Shown here: one piece after another, positions 1 to 12,149 of the stretch
Layout of the letters: each line of letters begins with the position of its first letter
Numbering within the stretch: position 1 is the first letter of the stretch
From: Callorhinchus milii
Taxonomy: Eukaryota
DNA length: 64,000 bases
NCBI RefSeq assembly: GCF_018977255.1
Contig: NW_024704742.1
Span: forward strand, 44,890,001 to 44,954,000
Direction: 5' to 3'
Notes under the pieces: model-generated
The model's input: the letters and a program-made list of their open reading frames with translations, nothing else
Databases searched by the model: none
Told to the model about the DNA's origin: nothing
Position numbers and translations under genes: made by a program

Positions 1-110
1 CATGCAAAATTGTCAAGCTTTTAGAAGTTTAAACTCTTAATTTCCAATATTCAGTAAAAAGGATTGATGAACAATTTTAAAATCCTGTGGGGATTCTCTC
101 CAATCACATG

Positions 111-500
111 TCAGCCTGGCTCAACTGGCAGCACTTTCACCTCTGAGCCAGAGGGTTGTAGGAATTTATTTAGTCTAAGCTGAGATTCTAATGCAGTGCT
201 GGGAGTGCGCCTCATTGTTGGAGGTACTGTGCTTCGGATGAGATGTTGAACTAAGGCCCTAGCTGCAATTCAATGGCACTATTCAAAAAGAGAAGAGAGT
301 TTGTCGTGCTGTCTGGCCGACAATTCCCCAAATGTGCAATTCATTCAATTCAGGGCTGTTTGTGGGATATTGTTTTATAAATAATGCAAGGAATTAATGC
401 AAGGATATTGTTTTGTGCAAATTGGCTGCTGCATTCTCTCACAAAAACCCTGACAGTCACTCCACTGTACAGAATATCCTGTGGAGCAGGGTGTCTATGT
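111..500 (+). mobile_element. Degenerate Deu-domain SINE (SacSINE1-like)
   Basis: Head tcagcctggctcaactggcagcactttcacctctgagccagagggttgt; Deu-like core ggaggtactgtgcttcggatgagatgttgaactaaggccct; decayed shared 3' part (gtgcaaattggctgct). Confidence 0.75.
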
Positions 501-599
501 GTCTGTCTGTCTGTCCGTCTGTTGCAATATCTCCCCTGATACTTATTGCTTTTCAAATAGTTATTGTTTTAGTGGAAACAGACTAGAGACAAAGCTTTC

Positions 600-900
600 C
601 TCCATGCCTTAGTTGGTGAAAGTAATCACTGTGGAACTGAGCCAAGTAAACCAAGAAAGCCAAAGGTCTAATTCTTGGCATATATTGAGTTAGATGCTAT
701 CAAACCAAGCAGTAGCAGGAGTGCCGCACTTGGTTCTTGGGTCAACGAGGTACAAATTGTGCACTTATCATGATCATTATCTGGTGACCTGTATGTATGT
801 TTGTGAACATCAGGTGAGGAGAGAATCAGGCTAGACTGACACTCACGGTCCTGGGTTACACATTAAAAGCTATTTTACGAGTGATGTACCAGAAGGAATA
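600..900 (+). mobile_element. Ancient SINE-like repeat (family also at 35295, 46180, 49880, 53060)
   Basis: Motifs tgatcattatctggtgacc and ggtgaggagagaatcaggct are shared with the other copies; highly diverged. Confidence 0.45.
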
Positions 901-2740
901 TATTCAAAGGAAAATAGACTTGTGAAAAGTAGATATTAATATTGGATGAAGAATAAATATTTTGTGTCAATTAACCTGCACAACAGACTGTTACTGGGAG
1001 TTTACCTGAATTAAGGTGACAAAAACACAAGGTTAATTTGGATTAAATTTAAAAAATTCTAATTTTCTGCTGTTCTGATCATCCCTAATTCATATTCTTT
1101 TATATAAAAAAATATAGATTCTCGAAAAATATTCTAGAACTCTAGAGCTGAGAAATGTCCTACAACAAAAAGCCAGCAATAATCACAACCAGACATCTCA
1201 CAAGCGGCTGAATTTTTGAATTTGTAAAACAATTGATGTTACTGAAACAAAATAAATTACAAGTAGGGTTCTGGATCAGAATAGTGCTCCTTATATCTCA
1301 TATTTATAGGACTTTTAGATCAATTCAACATGAAATGTTCACTGAATTGATGCTCAAGCTTCAGTATAAATGATCTATTAGCCTCTCAACAGCACCCCAT
1401 ACTGCAACAATGTGATATTTCTATTTCCAATATAAACCCATCCCTTTAGACTCTTTGAGTGGGATTGCCAACGAGAGCAGCTCTGTGCTGGAAGTCTGCA
1501 CCCACTAAGACTGTTTTAAGGCTGCCAAAACTCATTTTGTTCTTCATCCCATCAGTTTTGTGTTGCATTTAAACACAGGTCCCATAAGTGAAAGGAGAGT
1601 ATTATAACTCAGTGTGCCATTCACTCCCCAGAGTCACTGCAGTGCTGATCATAGTTTGGAGCAGAAGTATCACCTTATTTCAACAAACAGAAGAACAATG
1701 TTTTCTATCCTTATGGGTTGAAGGAGTTGATAGATCTTTTCAATGCAGCTTTCCCTCAATGCATTACTTTTTTTACACCACAATTCTCAATGCGTCACTA
1801 TTTTACCTTGTTCCCAAATGTGTATGTTTTTCAGTTTTTCAGCTTTAAAGCAATCACCTTTTTGCAGTTATCCAGTTGAAGGGATTAAACAGTACATTTC
1901 ACATCTCATTAAGTCAACTATTTGGTTATTCACTTACTATTGATCAGCAGCAGTAGCATTCAATAAGTTAACCTCTTAGGTCATTGATTCTAAAGACACG
2001 TGTGGTCCAGTGTTTGTCTCCTGGTATTGCATTGTTCTGTACAAGGACTACATTGAAAGCACCGAACCATTCTCTTTTTCCAACATGCTCAATTACACCA
2101 GGAGAACCTGATTCTCAAAGTTTACACTGAGATCAGCATCTCTGGTTCAAGTCTCCAAACGGATTATCAGAAGTGAAGGATAACTTGTAGATGATGGACT
2201 CTTAGGCGATGGCAATAAAGACTTCAAGCTGGGATAGCTTGAAGAGGTTAACTCGGTGCTGTGTACCTGGTTTGTGAAACTGAGAGCAGTTTATGTGGTA
2301 CTGAGCAGGATATCAATAAACCACAGGTTGAACTGTTCACAATGATTAAAAAGTGAAAATTCGGAGAATCACTGGACGGCATTTAATGAATTATTGTTGC
2401 TATTTCAGTGGAAAAGAAATTGGCCAATGGTTTTTCAGCAGCTACATTCCCAAACATCCGGGTTGCAGAGGTTCAGATGAGACAATACAGGGCAGGGAAG
2501 ATTTACTATGGCATTGTTTGTTGTCTGAGACAACATAAACCAGCCAACAAACGAGTGAATCATGTCTCTGTCCACTTTTGAACAACAGCTGATGACGTGC
2601 CTTGGTACCACAAGTGCAGCTTGTGTCCATGTTTTAAATGGGTTTCACATACAATACAATCCCAATTTCTCTTAACTCAGAAGAATGATGTAACATGAAG
2701 GCAAAGTTGAATTTCTTTCACTTATTTGACTCAGCGATAG

Positions 2741-3448
2741 ACAACAATAACAACAAAATTACATTTGTATAGCGCTCTTCACATCAGGAGGATGTCCCAA
2801 GGTGCTGGACAATCAGTGTTTCGGACCCGAGATGGGAGTTGCGATTGGGAAGGGTAGAGGGCGGGGGAAAGGAAGATAATCAAAGCCCGGTCAAAAAGGA
2901 GGGTCTTGAGATCGGTCCTGATGGAGGCAAAGGAGGGGTTGAGGGTCATGGAGGCTGGTGCGGGAGAGGACACAGGCTGCAAAGTTCTGCATGATATGCA
3001 GCCTATGGAGGAGGGAGCTGGGGAGGCCAACTAACAAGGAAGTTGCACAGTCAAGCCTGGATATTATGAATGCATGTATGTGGGTCTCGGCCGCCTGCGG
3101 TGTGAGGCAGTAGTGGAGCCGGGAAATGTTACAGAGGTAGGGGAAGGCAGAGCAGATCATGGCATGGATGTGGGGCAGCAAGGATATTTGATGGTAAAAC
3201 AAGATTCCATACTGGCTTAGTAAGGTGGAGTGTGGATCCTTGGACGGTGATGCTGTCAGCGCCTGTGGTGTGGAGGCGCTGACGGGAGCCAATCAGGAGA
3301 GCCTCGGTCTTGTTGACATTCAAATGAAGAAAGTTAGCTCTCATTCAGGACTTGATGTCTGACAGACATTCTGTCAGGACAGCAGTGGGTACAGTTGCGT
3401 GTCATCCACATACATGTGGAAGTTGACGCCATGTCTACGGGTGATGTC
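2741..3448 (-). mobile_element. L2 LINE, 5'-truncated and internally deleted
   Basis: Frames give [24 protein letters not shown] and HAFIISRLDCATSLLVGLP (L2 RT C-terminal part); 3' hairpin tail with (TTG)n-like repeat at 2741-2810. Confidence 0.92.
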
Positions 3449-3854
3449 TGATTCTCAGCAATTGATTAAAGTTCTTCTAATCCTTCCTTTGTAAGACTGT
3501 AATTTTAATCTTGGGCCAGTCTTCACCCATTACATCCTTTTATACTTTCCAGTAATATAGTATAATACCCTGCATTAAGTAAGGCCATTGGGTGTTTCAT
3601 GCAATGAGTTTCTTTAAATAGTAAATCCTGTTATATAGGCACACCAAGCAGTTAGTCTGCATCAACCACCCACCACCCCTTACAAACATTATTCAAGTGA
3701 CTAATTTTCTGGCGGTAAATTTAGATCAAGAAAGGATATTATGTAAGATCCATGGAAGGTTTGCTGATCTTTGAAATATAATACAATTTGTGGTTTGACT
3801 CCAATATTGCCACATGTCTTTATATTGCGGTTATGAAGGCTTGAAACAGAGAGC

Positions 3855-4249
3855 TAAAATTCTGCTCCACTTCCCATAGGGAAAGCCTTCACTGTTTTTA
3901 CATTCACTCTGAGTTGCTGGATGATGCTCATGGGAAAATTGCATTTTGCACAAGCAGCAAATGATATTACAGATATATTTTTGTGATCTCCAATACCCAC
4001 GTAACACTAACAGAGTTTAGACATTGCTCCTAACCTTTTGCTGAGTCCGCTACATTCTATTTCCATAATCACAATGAAAATATTATAACATATGCTGATT
4101 TGTGCCCATTCATTAATTACTGCCAGCCTCATAACACCGCCCAACTTCCGCATTCCAACTAGCATCGAGTTGCGATCCGTCTTTTCATACATTTTTACAA
4201 ACATTGTAAAAGCACCAGCTTTCCCTATGGCAGATGGAGCAGAATTTTA
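3855..4249. mobile_element. Fold-back MITE-like non-autonomous DNA element
   Basis: Left end taaaattctgctccacttcccatagggaaagc matches the reverse complement of the right end (taaaattctgctccatctgccatagggaaagc); weaker symmetry continues inward. Confidence 0.75.
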
Positions 4250-4403
4250 AGTTCTGGGAAAAACAGTACCTTTAATTTAGTTAATATTCCCTACAATGAT
4301 CAGAGTAGTTTTTGATATAGAATCATTGGGTGCATCCATTGTTATCCACTAATTTATCCCTATGGACATGCTGAAAATTGTCAGCACAGAAGGAGGCCAT
4401 TCA

Positions 4404-4766
4404 GGAATCCTGTAGCTCAGTGGTTAAAACACTCGCCTCGCAATTGAGATACCTGGGTTTAATTCCCAGCAAGGCAAAATGTTGGGCAAGTTTCCTTACT
4501 CCACATGCCTTTGTTTACCAAGCAGTAAGTAGGAAGCTGGTTGTTAGTCGATTGGTAGATCGCTTTTCCAGGGGTAATTATTCCTTAAAAAAAATTGGTC
4601 ACTCAATCCACGACTGTTTGTGGGATACTGCTGTGTGCAGTTGGCCTCCTACAAAATATACAGTCAATTCACTTTACAGTATGTTCTGCGAAGCGCTTTG
4701 AGACAAATTGAATATGTAATAAGTGCTATATCAAATGCAAGGATTCTTCTTATTATATATTATTAT
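4404..4766 (+). mobile_element. tRNA-Ala-derived SINE, long form
   Basis: A box tagctcagtgg, degenerate B box gggtttaattcc, ttgggcaagtttccttactccac core, extra tttaccaagcagtaagtagg segment, tail tatatcaaatgcaaggatt...(TTA)n. Confidence 0.92.
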
Positions 4767-5737
4767 TTACCTTTCATGTTTTTGCCAATACAACCTGTTT
4801 TATAACCTGCCCTTATTTATTGATTCCTTTATCCAATTATTTTATTTCGTACCATAATGATTTTACTAATCTACCAAACTACGTAACAGAGTCAGAAACA
4901 TTGATATTACGCAAAATGCAACAAGACACCATAATCAGAGTGGTAACCTACTATAGGGAGGAGTTTCATTAGGACTAATGCCTCTCTCCTATCCATAACT
5001 TTTCTTAGCTTATCTCAAGGCTGCAGCAATTCAATTGATTTAGTATTCATGTTAAAAGGTTTCCCCAGGAAACATAGACAACGGAGATAAAATTAAGATT
5101 GTCCGCCGCCATAACAGTGTAAGATAAGCCAGGAACACTCCCGAAGGAAAATCAAGCCTGAAGTAATGTCCCTTATGCATCTAAATACTGCAGACACCTT
5201 ATTGAGGTCAGACAGCATTGACTGAAGCCGTAGACACTTCAGGATTCTCCGCAGTGAGTGGCAGATTTGTTAGTGGCTGTGAATCTCTCGATGTATGACT
5301 CATGCTGACAAACTGACAAAAATAGATTAAGGGAATGAAAGTCGAAACAGCACAAGGTTAAAAAAATTCACATGACCGATGCAACATTATAAAAGGGCAG
5401 AGATCAAAATGGAAAGAAACAGATTCATTCAAAGCCAAAGACTTAAGAGTCAAAGAAAGGAGAAAAAGAGTAGCAGGGAGAAAGAATAACCATCAGGTTT
5501 CAATGAGGTGCACTAAACCTTCTATTTGATGGCTAGACGTTACCAACAATATTCTTAATGGGAGCTTTGCTTATCTATTTATATTTTAAAATATATCATA
5601 ATTTTGGTTCTTTTTTTAAATAAGTGTGACAATGCTTGCTTCATATTAGTGTTCTTCACCTATTATCATTTATACCTTCTCTCTAACACAAGACAGTTTT
5701 CAGTCTCTTGTAAGGTACATGGTCCCCTTATTGGAGC

Positions 5738-6400
5738 AATATAATATAAATTTGCATTTGTAAAGCTCCTTTCACATTGGGAGGACTTCCCAAGGCACTG
5801 GACAGTCAGGTATGTAGACACAAGCAAGGGGGAGGGGTGCGGGGGAGGGGATGGGATCAGGAAGGGTGGAAGGCAGGTTGGGTAGGAGGGTGGAGGAGAT
5901 CTTGACACATGCCTTCAAGGAGTAGTGGAGCCCTGTAGCTCAGTGGTTAGAGCACTCGCTTTGCAAGTGAGAGACCTGAGTTCAATTCCAGGCAGGGCGA
6001 AACCTTGGGCAAGTTTCCTTACTCCACACACCTAATAATAATCCCTCCAAAACAAAAACAACAATAGATTGGTCATTTTCAATCCATGACTGTTTGTGGG
6101 ACATTGCTGTGCGCAATTGGCTGCCGCGTTTGTCCACAAATATGCAGTCAATTCACTTTACAGTATATTCTGTGAAGCACTTTGGGATGTCTAGAAGACG
6201 TGAAAAGCGCTATATCAAATGCAAGGATTATTATTATTATTAAGGAGGCAAGGGAGGGACTGAGATGAAGGGAATGTGGGATAGAATTCCAAAGGGTTGG
6301 GGCAGAGAAGCAGAAGGCCGGACCATTGATACAGAGGTGAGCTGGGCGGTGGACATGGAGCAGGCCAGAGCCTGCTGAGTGGAGAGAGCGGACAGGTTGA
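5738..6400 (-). mobile_element. L2 3' fragment interrupted by a SINE
   Basis: Hairpin tail at 5750-5805; L2 3' sequence resumes at 6242 after the SINE. Confidence 0.85.
5923..6241 (+). mobile_element. tRNA-Ala-derived SINE, short form, full length with TSD
   Basis: Head ggagccctgtagctcagtggttagagcactcgctttgcaagtgagagacctgagttcaattcc; (TTA)n tail; aaggag duplicated at 5917-5922 and 6242-6247. Confidence 0.95.
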
Positions 6401-6689
6401 TAGCTAGCAGCTAGCAGCTAGAACATGAATACGAATTTGAGATCAAATGGGCTGAAAGGACATCTTTATCTGACCCGATGCTATGAGATACCTTCTCAAA
6501 TAATCCCAGTAGATGTGTAAGGCTAATCTATTGGCTCTAAAACAGAGCTGACTTCTGAATATTGGCTCATTCCAATTGATCATTACATTTTTATTGAGGT
6601 GGATTTGTCCCTTAGAGCCACATTTTTATTGAGGGCCACAAGTCAGGCATTGACTGCATCAACCTCCACTGAGGCACATCGCACTTGAT

Positions 6690-7120
6690 GGAGTCCGTTT
6701 GGAACTTTAGTGTCTTGTTTGTCTCCCAAATGCCTTTTCAATTTCCAGATCTGGCTCTTAATCATTTAGCCTTCTCTCACCTCTGCAACATTCCTCAACC
6801 CCTCTTGACTCCAGCCCACAGCTCGGTTGCAAACCTTTGGACTGTCCTGCACTTTGGGGCAACCTCCTGACGTGAAAAGAGTTATATAAAATATATAAAA
6901 TGTTGTTATTCCAATGTCCTGCTTACTAGTCTCCCCAGCTCCTCCCTAAACAAGCTGCAGAACATCCAGATCTCTGATGGCCGGTGTCCTCTCCTGCACC
7001 GAGCTCCACGAGACTATCACCCCCATTCGTACTTTGTGTCTCCTGCCCTAATCTCCACACCATTGGATGGTGGGAAAGCTTGCAGCCATTCTGTCCTTTC
7101 TCTTTGAAACTGTATCTCAC
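6690..7120 (+). mobile_element. Old degenerate L2 fragments
   Basis: tggaactttagtgtcttgttt, ccttctctcacctctgcaacatt and aagctgcagaacatccag resemble L2 ORF2; decayed tail at 6840-6910. Confidence 0.65.
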
Positions 7121-7135
7121 AGTGCTTCAGCCTCA

Positions 7136-8828
7136 TTTTACAGTATATTCTGTGAAGTGCTTTGAGACAACAACAACAACAAGATTCCATTTATTGAGCG
7201 CCTTTCACGTCGGGAGGACGTCCCAAGGCGCTGTACAGTTGGGTCAGGATCCGTGCATTGGGGGGGAAATGGTCAGGGTGAGGGGAGGGAAAGGAGGGAG
7301 CGAGGAGGGGGTTGAGAAGGGAGCTGAAGGCACAGTCAAAGAGAAAGGTCTTGAGACCGACCTTGAAGGAGGAAAGGGAGGAGGAAAGGTGAAGGCACTG
7401 GGGGATAGAGTTCCAGAGCCTAGGGGCTGAGAGGCTGAAGGCCCGGCCACCGATGGTAAGGCGGTTGGGGAGGGGGACGTGGAGCAGACCGGAGCCAGAG
7501 GAACGGAGGGTACGGTCAGGTAGGTAGGGGGATAGTAGGTCGGAGAGGTAGGAGGGAGCAAGGCCGTGAATGGCCTTGTAGGTGAGGATGAGGATCTTGA
7601 ATTCGATCCTCTGGGGGATGGGGAGCCAGTGGAGGCGAGCGAGGGTGGGAGTGATGTGGTCGCGAAGCCTGGTGCGGGACAGTACACGAGCTGCAGAGTT
7701 CTGAATGACCTGCAGCTTGTGGAGGGAGGTGCCGGGAAGGCCGGCGAGGAGAGAGTTCCCATAGTCCAGCCTTGAGGTGATAAAGGCGTGGACCAGAGTT
7801 TCAGCAGCGTGAGGGGTGAGGTAGTGCCGTAGTCTGGCGACATTCCGGAGGTGATGGAAGGCGGTGCCAGTTGTGGCGCGGATATGAGGGAGAAAGGACA
7901 GCTCAGGGTCGAACAGAACCCCGAGGTTCCTGACTGGCTTTGAGAGGTGGAGAGTGCAGCCTTGGATGCTGATGCTGTCAGCGCCTGAGGTGCGGAGGCG
8001 CTGACGTGAGCCAATCAGGAGGGCTTCAGTTTTGCGCACGTTGAGCTGGAGAAAGTTATCTCTCGTCCAGGACTCGATGTCAGGACATCGGTGGTCGTGG
8101 AGTTGAGGGTAGAGGAGGAAAGGTAGAGTTGTGTGTCATCCGAATACAAGTGGAAGTTAACCCCATGTCTGCGGATGGTGTCACCAAGGGGGAGCATCTA
8201 GAGGGTGAAGAGGAGGGGACCGAGGACAGAGCCTTGAGGGACACTGCACGAGACAGTGCGGGGACTGGAGGAAAAACCATTTGTGGAGACAAAGTGAAGA
8301 TGGTGGGAGAGGACAGGGCCTTGAAGGTTGAGGTGGGAGGACAAGCGGTGGAGGAGGATAGCATGGTCGACCGTATCGAATGCTGCCGATAGGTCGAGGA
8401 GGACGAGGAGGCAGAGGGAGCCCTGGTCACAGATGGTCAGGATGTCATTGGTGACCTTGACCAGGGCAGTTTCTGTGCTATGGGCAGCACGGAAACCCGA
8501 CTGAAGGGGTTCGAATAGTGAATGGTTGGAGAGGAAAGAGTGCAGCTGGGAGGCGACAACTCGTTCCAGGACCTGCGGAGCGAATTCCCTTGATTTTGGA
8601 TTCAAGGAAATCCAGCATCTCCTCGCAGTGAAGGTTGGAGGAGATGACCTGCGCGGGGTGGCGGGGTGATGGAGGAGTTGGGATGTGGTAGAGAACAGTA
8701 GCCTGGGGTTGTCCTTCGCCTCCAGGATTATCCTGGAGTAGAAGGACGATTTGGCCGAGGCTAGAGTGGAGACGTCTAGAAGACGTAAAAAGCGCTATAT
8801 CAAATACAAGGATTACTATTATTATTAT
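7136..8828 (+). mobile_element. SINE 3' tail split by an L2 insertion
   Basis: ttttacagtatattctgtgaagtgctttgagac (to 7168) continues as gagacgtctagaagacgtaaaaagcgctatatcaaatacaaggatt (from 8769). Confidence 0.88.
7169..8768 (-). mobile_element. Young L2 LINE, 5'-truncated ORF2 (RT) with frameshifts and deletions
   Basis: [84 protein letters not shown]; hairpin plus (TTG)n tail; gagac TSD at 7164-7168 and 8769-8773. Confidence 0.97.
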
Positions 8829-8974
8829 ATAAATGTAAATTGAATTGTCATATTATAACATAATGTGAGCACCAATTCACATAAATCCATGGACAAGTCT
8901 TTATTCTTGTCATGCTTTGATGAAAAGCAGTTCCAGACAGAATACCTGCTTTACCTACATAATAAATGAAGCAG

Positions 8975-9175
8975 GGGACAGGGTGGTATGACTGTTTGTG
9001 TCCACTGCTTTCAATTTTGGGATCTGGGCTTAAATCCAGCCCTATTTGGGGTTTGTAAATGCTCTTCTCTGGAAAGCCTATGCAATACTATTTGAGTAAT
9101 GGGAATCCATCTCCATATGTTCGGAATTTGAAGCACAAACCTGTTCATAATCAAAACTAATTTGCACATTGTCTA
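8975..9175 (+). mobile_element. LF-SINE-like relic
   Basis: tRNA-like head (ctttca...gatctgggcttaaatccagc) and actaatttgcac motif resemble the 28092 copy. Confidence 0.5.
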
Positions 9176-10559
9176 ATAATAACAATTCTTGCATTTGTTA
9201 TACTGCCTTTTATATCAGAAGATATATCTCAAAACACTCATAATAATAATAATCACTTCACAGGATTTACTGCAAAATATGCTGATTAGGTATTTTTTAG
9301 ACATAAACCAAATACCTGTGAGAGCGTTTGTGTAGCCCTTAACTTTCCCGATACATACAAGTCCATTTCATGATCAGCAAATTTTCTGCTCATTGATTTA
9401 ATATTCCTCACTTTTTTTCAACATGATTTTTATTTATATTGATGGGTATTGCTTACACTCTCAGTCTTTGCGGTCTATTTAGACTATTATATCTACATGA
9501 TCCAGAAAGCTTTCAGGGTCAAAGTAAAAAGACAAATAGCAACTTGAGGTTAGCATTTAGGCTAGCGGGAGGCTCAGATTCTTGACCTGGGGGTTAATAT
9601 TCTGCAATTCCCCCATTCCCACTGCAATAGTAGCACCTGGGGATGATGGTAGTGCACAGCCCTATGCTTCCTCTAAGCTGCTGGTATGAACAGGGTGTGA
9701 CCAAAACAAATATATCACTGCTAACTCTTAAATTACATCAGCGGCTCCTACATAATACAAATTGGTCACTTTTAAAACCAAATCTGTGGAAAGCTCAATT
9801 CACGCATAATCCTAATACAAGAATAGCATGTCGTCCCAAATTCATTACGCGTTCATTAAAATTCAACTGTAAATTTAAAAGACATCACAATTATTCAATG
9901 TGCCTGGCAGTTTTCAAGGCTATAAGGCAAATGAATAACTCCCACACACTGAATATATGGTGAAACACTGTTCTAAAATAATCCTGCCTGCTTTACAGCA
10001 ATAGAAGTCTGATGTTGCCATAATAAAGAGGCAGGAGGACAAAACTACACTGCAAGGTACACACGTCACTGAGCATTCAGAATGGAGCTTGATGTTAACA
10101 GCAACACACCACGATAACACAAACTGCCTCTTTGTGTGATTCTAATGCCATGTTTCTTTTGTACGCGGCCTGGTTTTATTATGAATCATGTCTTTAAATA
10201 TGTATTGCGACATTGAATTAATAAATAAACTAGATCTTCAATGAATGCACATGTTTTCATTTGCAATACTGAATGTGTTGTAAAACTACTACACTACTAT
10301 GGTAATTTATAATCTGGAAGTACGTGTGCAGTGATTTATATTATATCATCATAATATTTTACAATGTAGTGCAATATATTCCCACTGTATTGTATGCTGT
10401 AGTTCTAAACTGGAGTGTATTACAATATATCATGGTACACTACAACACAGCATAACATTGCAAAGAGAAGTGGGGAAAGATTTAAACTTGCACGGGTGCG
10501 GAGGAGGTGGAAAGTAAACCAGTGAGGCAGGAAGGATTAGACCAAAATCTAGGGAAAAT

Positions 10560-11335
10560 TAAGAATGTATGAACAAGCAAGAATATACTGCACTGACATT
10601 ACAGAATAAAAAGCATAACTATAGATAATGATGCAACATGTGAGAGAGTAGATGATTAGTATATAACAGCAAAGGGGAACAAAAGCATTATAAAAAGTTC
10701 AGGTTGCACTAAATAATGCCAAAACATGGAAAATGAGGAGTCAAGGAATTGGGGAAGGAGAGGAGAATAAATAGTGGAAATATAAAAACAAATAGTATTA
10801 ATCTACACTGCAGGATATCACATTGGAGGAGTGTTCCAGTGAATGTATCACTAAAAGTAACAGAACTGTATTCAGAGGCAGTAATGAAAATTAATCAGAT
10901 CTTGTTGTGAATAGCTGAATGGCTGAAAGCATAGACCACAGATCATATGGAAATGATATCGAACTATACAGGTATTTAGCTTGACCCCATCTGGAGTACT
11001 GTGTACAATTCTTGTCACCATAAGAAAGGAGCTAATAATAATAACCCTTACATTTGTTACAGGACTGTTACGTAGAGAAGACATGTTAAAGCACCTTCAA
11101 ATGGAAACACTGTAAAGCGGTGACTGTAATTTGTGAGAGTACTTACCAATAATGTTCACCTGAACTATGAGGAGAAGCTGCAGAAGCTGGAATTCTCCAC
11201 ACAAAAGAAGAGGAGGCTCAGGGAAGATCTTGTGGAAATATTCAATTTCTTTAGGAGAATAGATAAACTGAAAACCTAGGACAAGCGACACAGACTCAAG
11301 TTCAGAAGGGGAGAAGTTGAGAAGACAATTAGCTG
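10560..11335 (+). mobile_element. Degenerate CR1 LINE fragment
   Basis: gaccccatctggagtactgtgtacaattcttgtcacca = decayed RPHLEYCVQFWSP; aactatgaggagaagctgcagaagctg...aagaagaggaggctcaggg is typical of the CR1 C-terminus. The 5' boundary is uncertain. Confidence 0.75.
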
Positions 11336-11519
11336 TGAAGTGCTTTGAGACATTTCAATAACGTGATAATTTGATCACATTATGAGCCCATAGGTTAAGT
11401 TGTTCAATGAGCATACTGGAACTGATTTTGTTGAGTGAATGCTACATCATAGAAGGAATATTAATATACCAGCTGTTTTTATTATATATTTGTTAGATGT
11501 TTTCTGAAATTGTTTGGAA

Positions 11520-11960
11520 TCAGAACATAAGAAAATACAAAGCATGGAAAGGGCCCATCGAGCTGACGACATTTTGCCCACAAATATACAGTCAATTCAC
11601 TTTACAGTAAATATATTGTAAATATACTGTGAAGCACTTTGAGGCATCTAGAAGATGTGAAAAGCGCTATATTAAATGCAAGGATTATTATTTATTATTA
11701 TTACCTCTGGAAACCACACCAATGTGTACCTATCATCCATCCCATCCCAGCTCTTAAATCTCCAGATGGAAAACTCAACACAGACATTCCACAATCCTAA
11801 AAAAGCCAACCAAATCACTCATTCAATCATCTCAAAGGTTTGGATGTTTGAGACCATATTATACTGCTCCAACTGAGTGCATAGCAGTACCATTTTTCAA
11901 ATACCCAAGATTGACATCCTTGCAACCCCTGAGTAAGTTGTGGCTTTGTGGTGAGGTTAC
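11520..11960 (-). mobile_element. CR1 3' fragment with nested plus-strand SINE tail (11565-11703)
   Basis: agaacataagaa...ggcccatcgagc start; SINE tail cacaaatatacagtcaattcactttacag...ggattatta. Confidence 0.6.
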
Positions 11961-12149
11961 TTAAATGTAGAAGTTAAAAAAATATTATTCTGAAATCTGG
12001 AGACAAAACTCAGTCTAGATCTGGAATGGCTATTGTGTAATGAATAATCTTTCCTTTTCACATGTCAATGGTGTTACATGATTTTTCATGTCCCAATCCT
12101 ATTTGATCCATCATTTCCATTTTGTTTCCTCCAATGGATTTTCCTCCTG

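Noticed and set aside
5927..6000. tRNA-Ala genes (also 20412, 43890, 49540)
   Set aside because: Acceptor stems are incomplete and each runs directly into SINE body and tail; these are SINE heads.
7191..8039. 282-aa ORF as a host gene or active RT
   Set aside because: It is the C-terminal part of L2 ORF2 in a 5'-truncated, frameshifted copy; the overlapping 256-aa and plus-strand ORFs are alternate or antisense frames.
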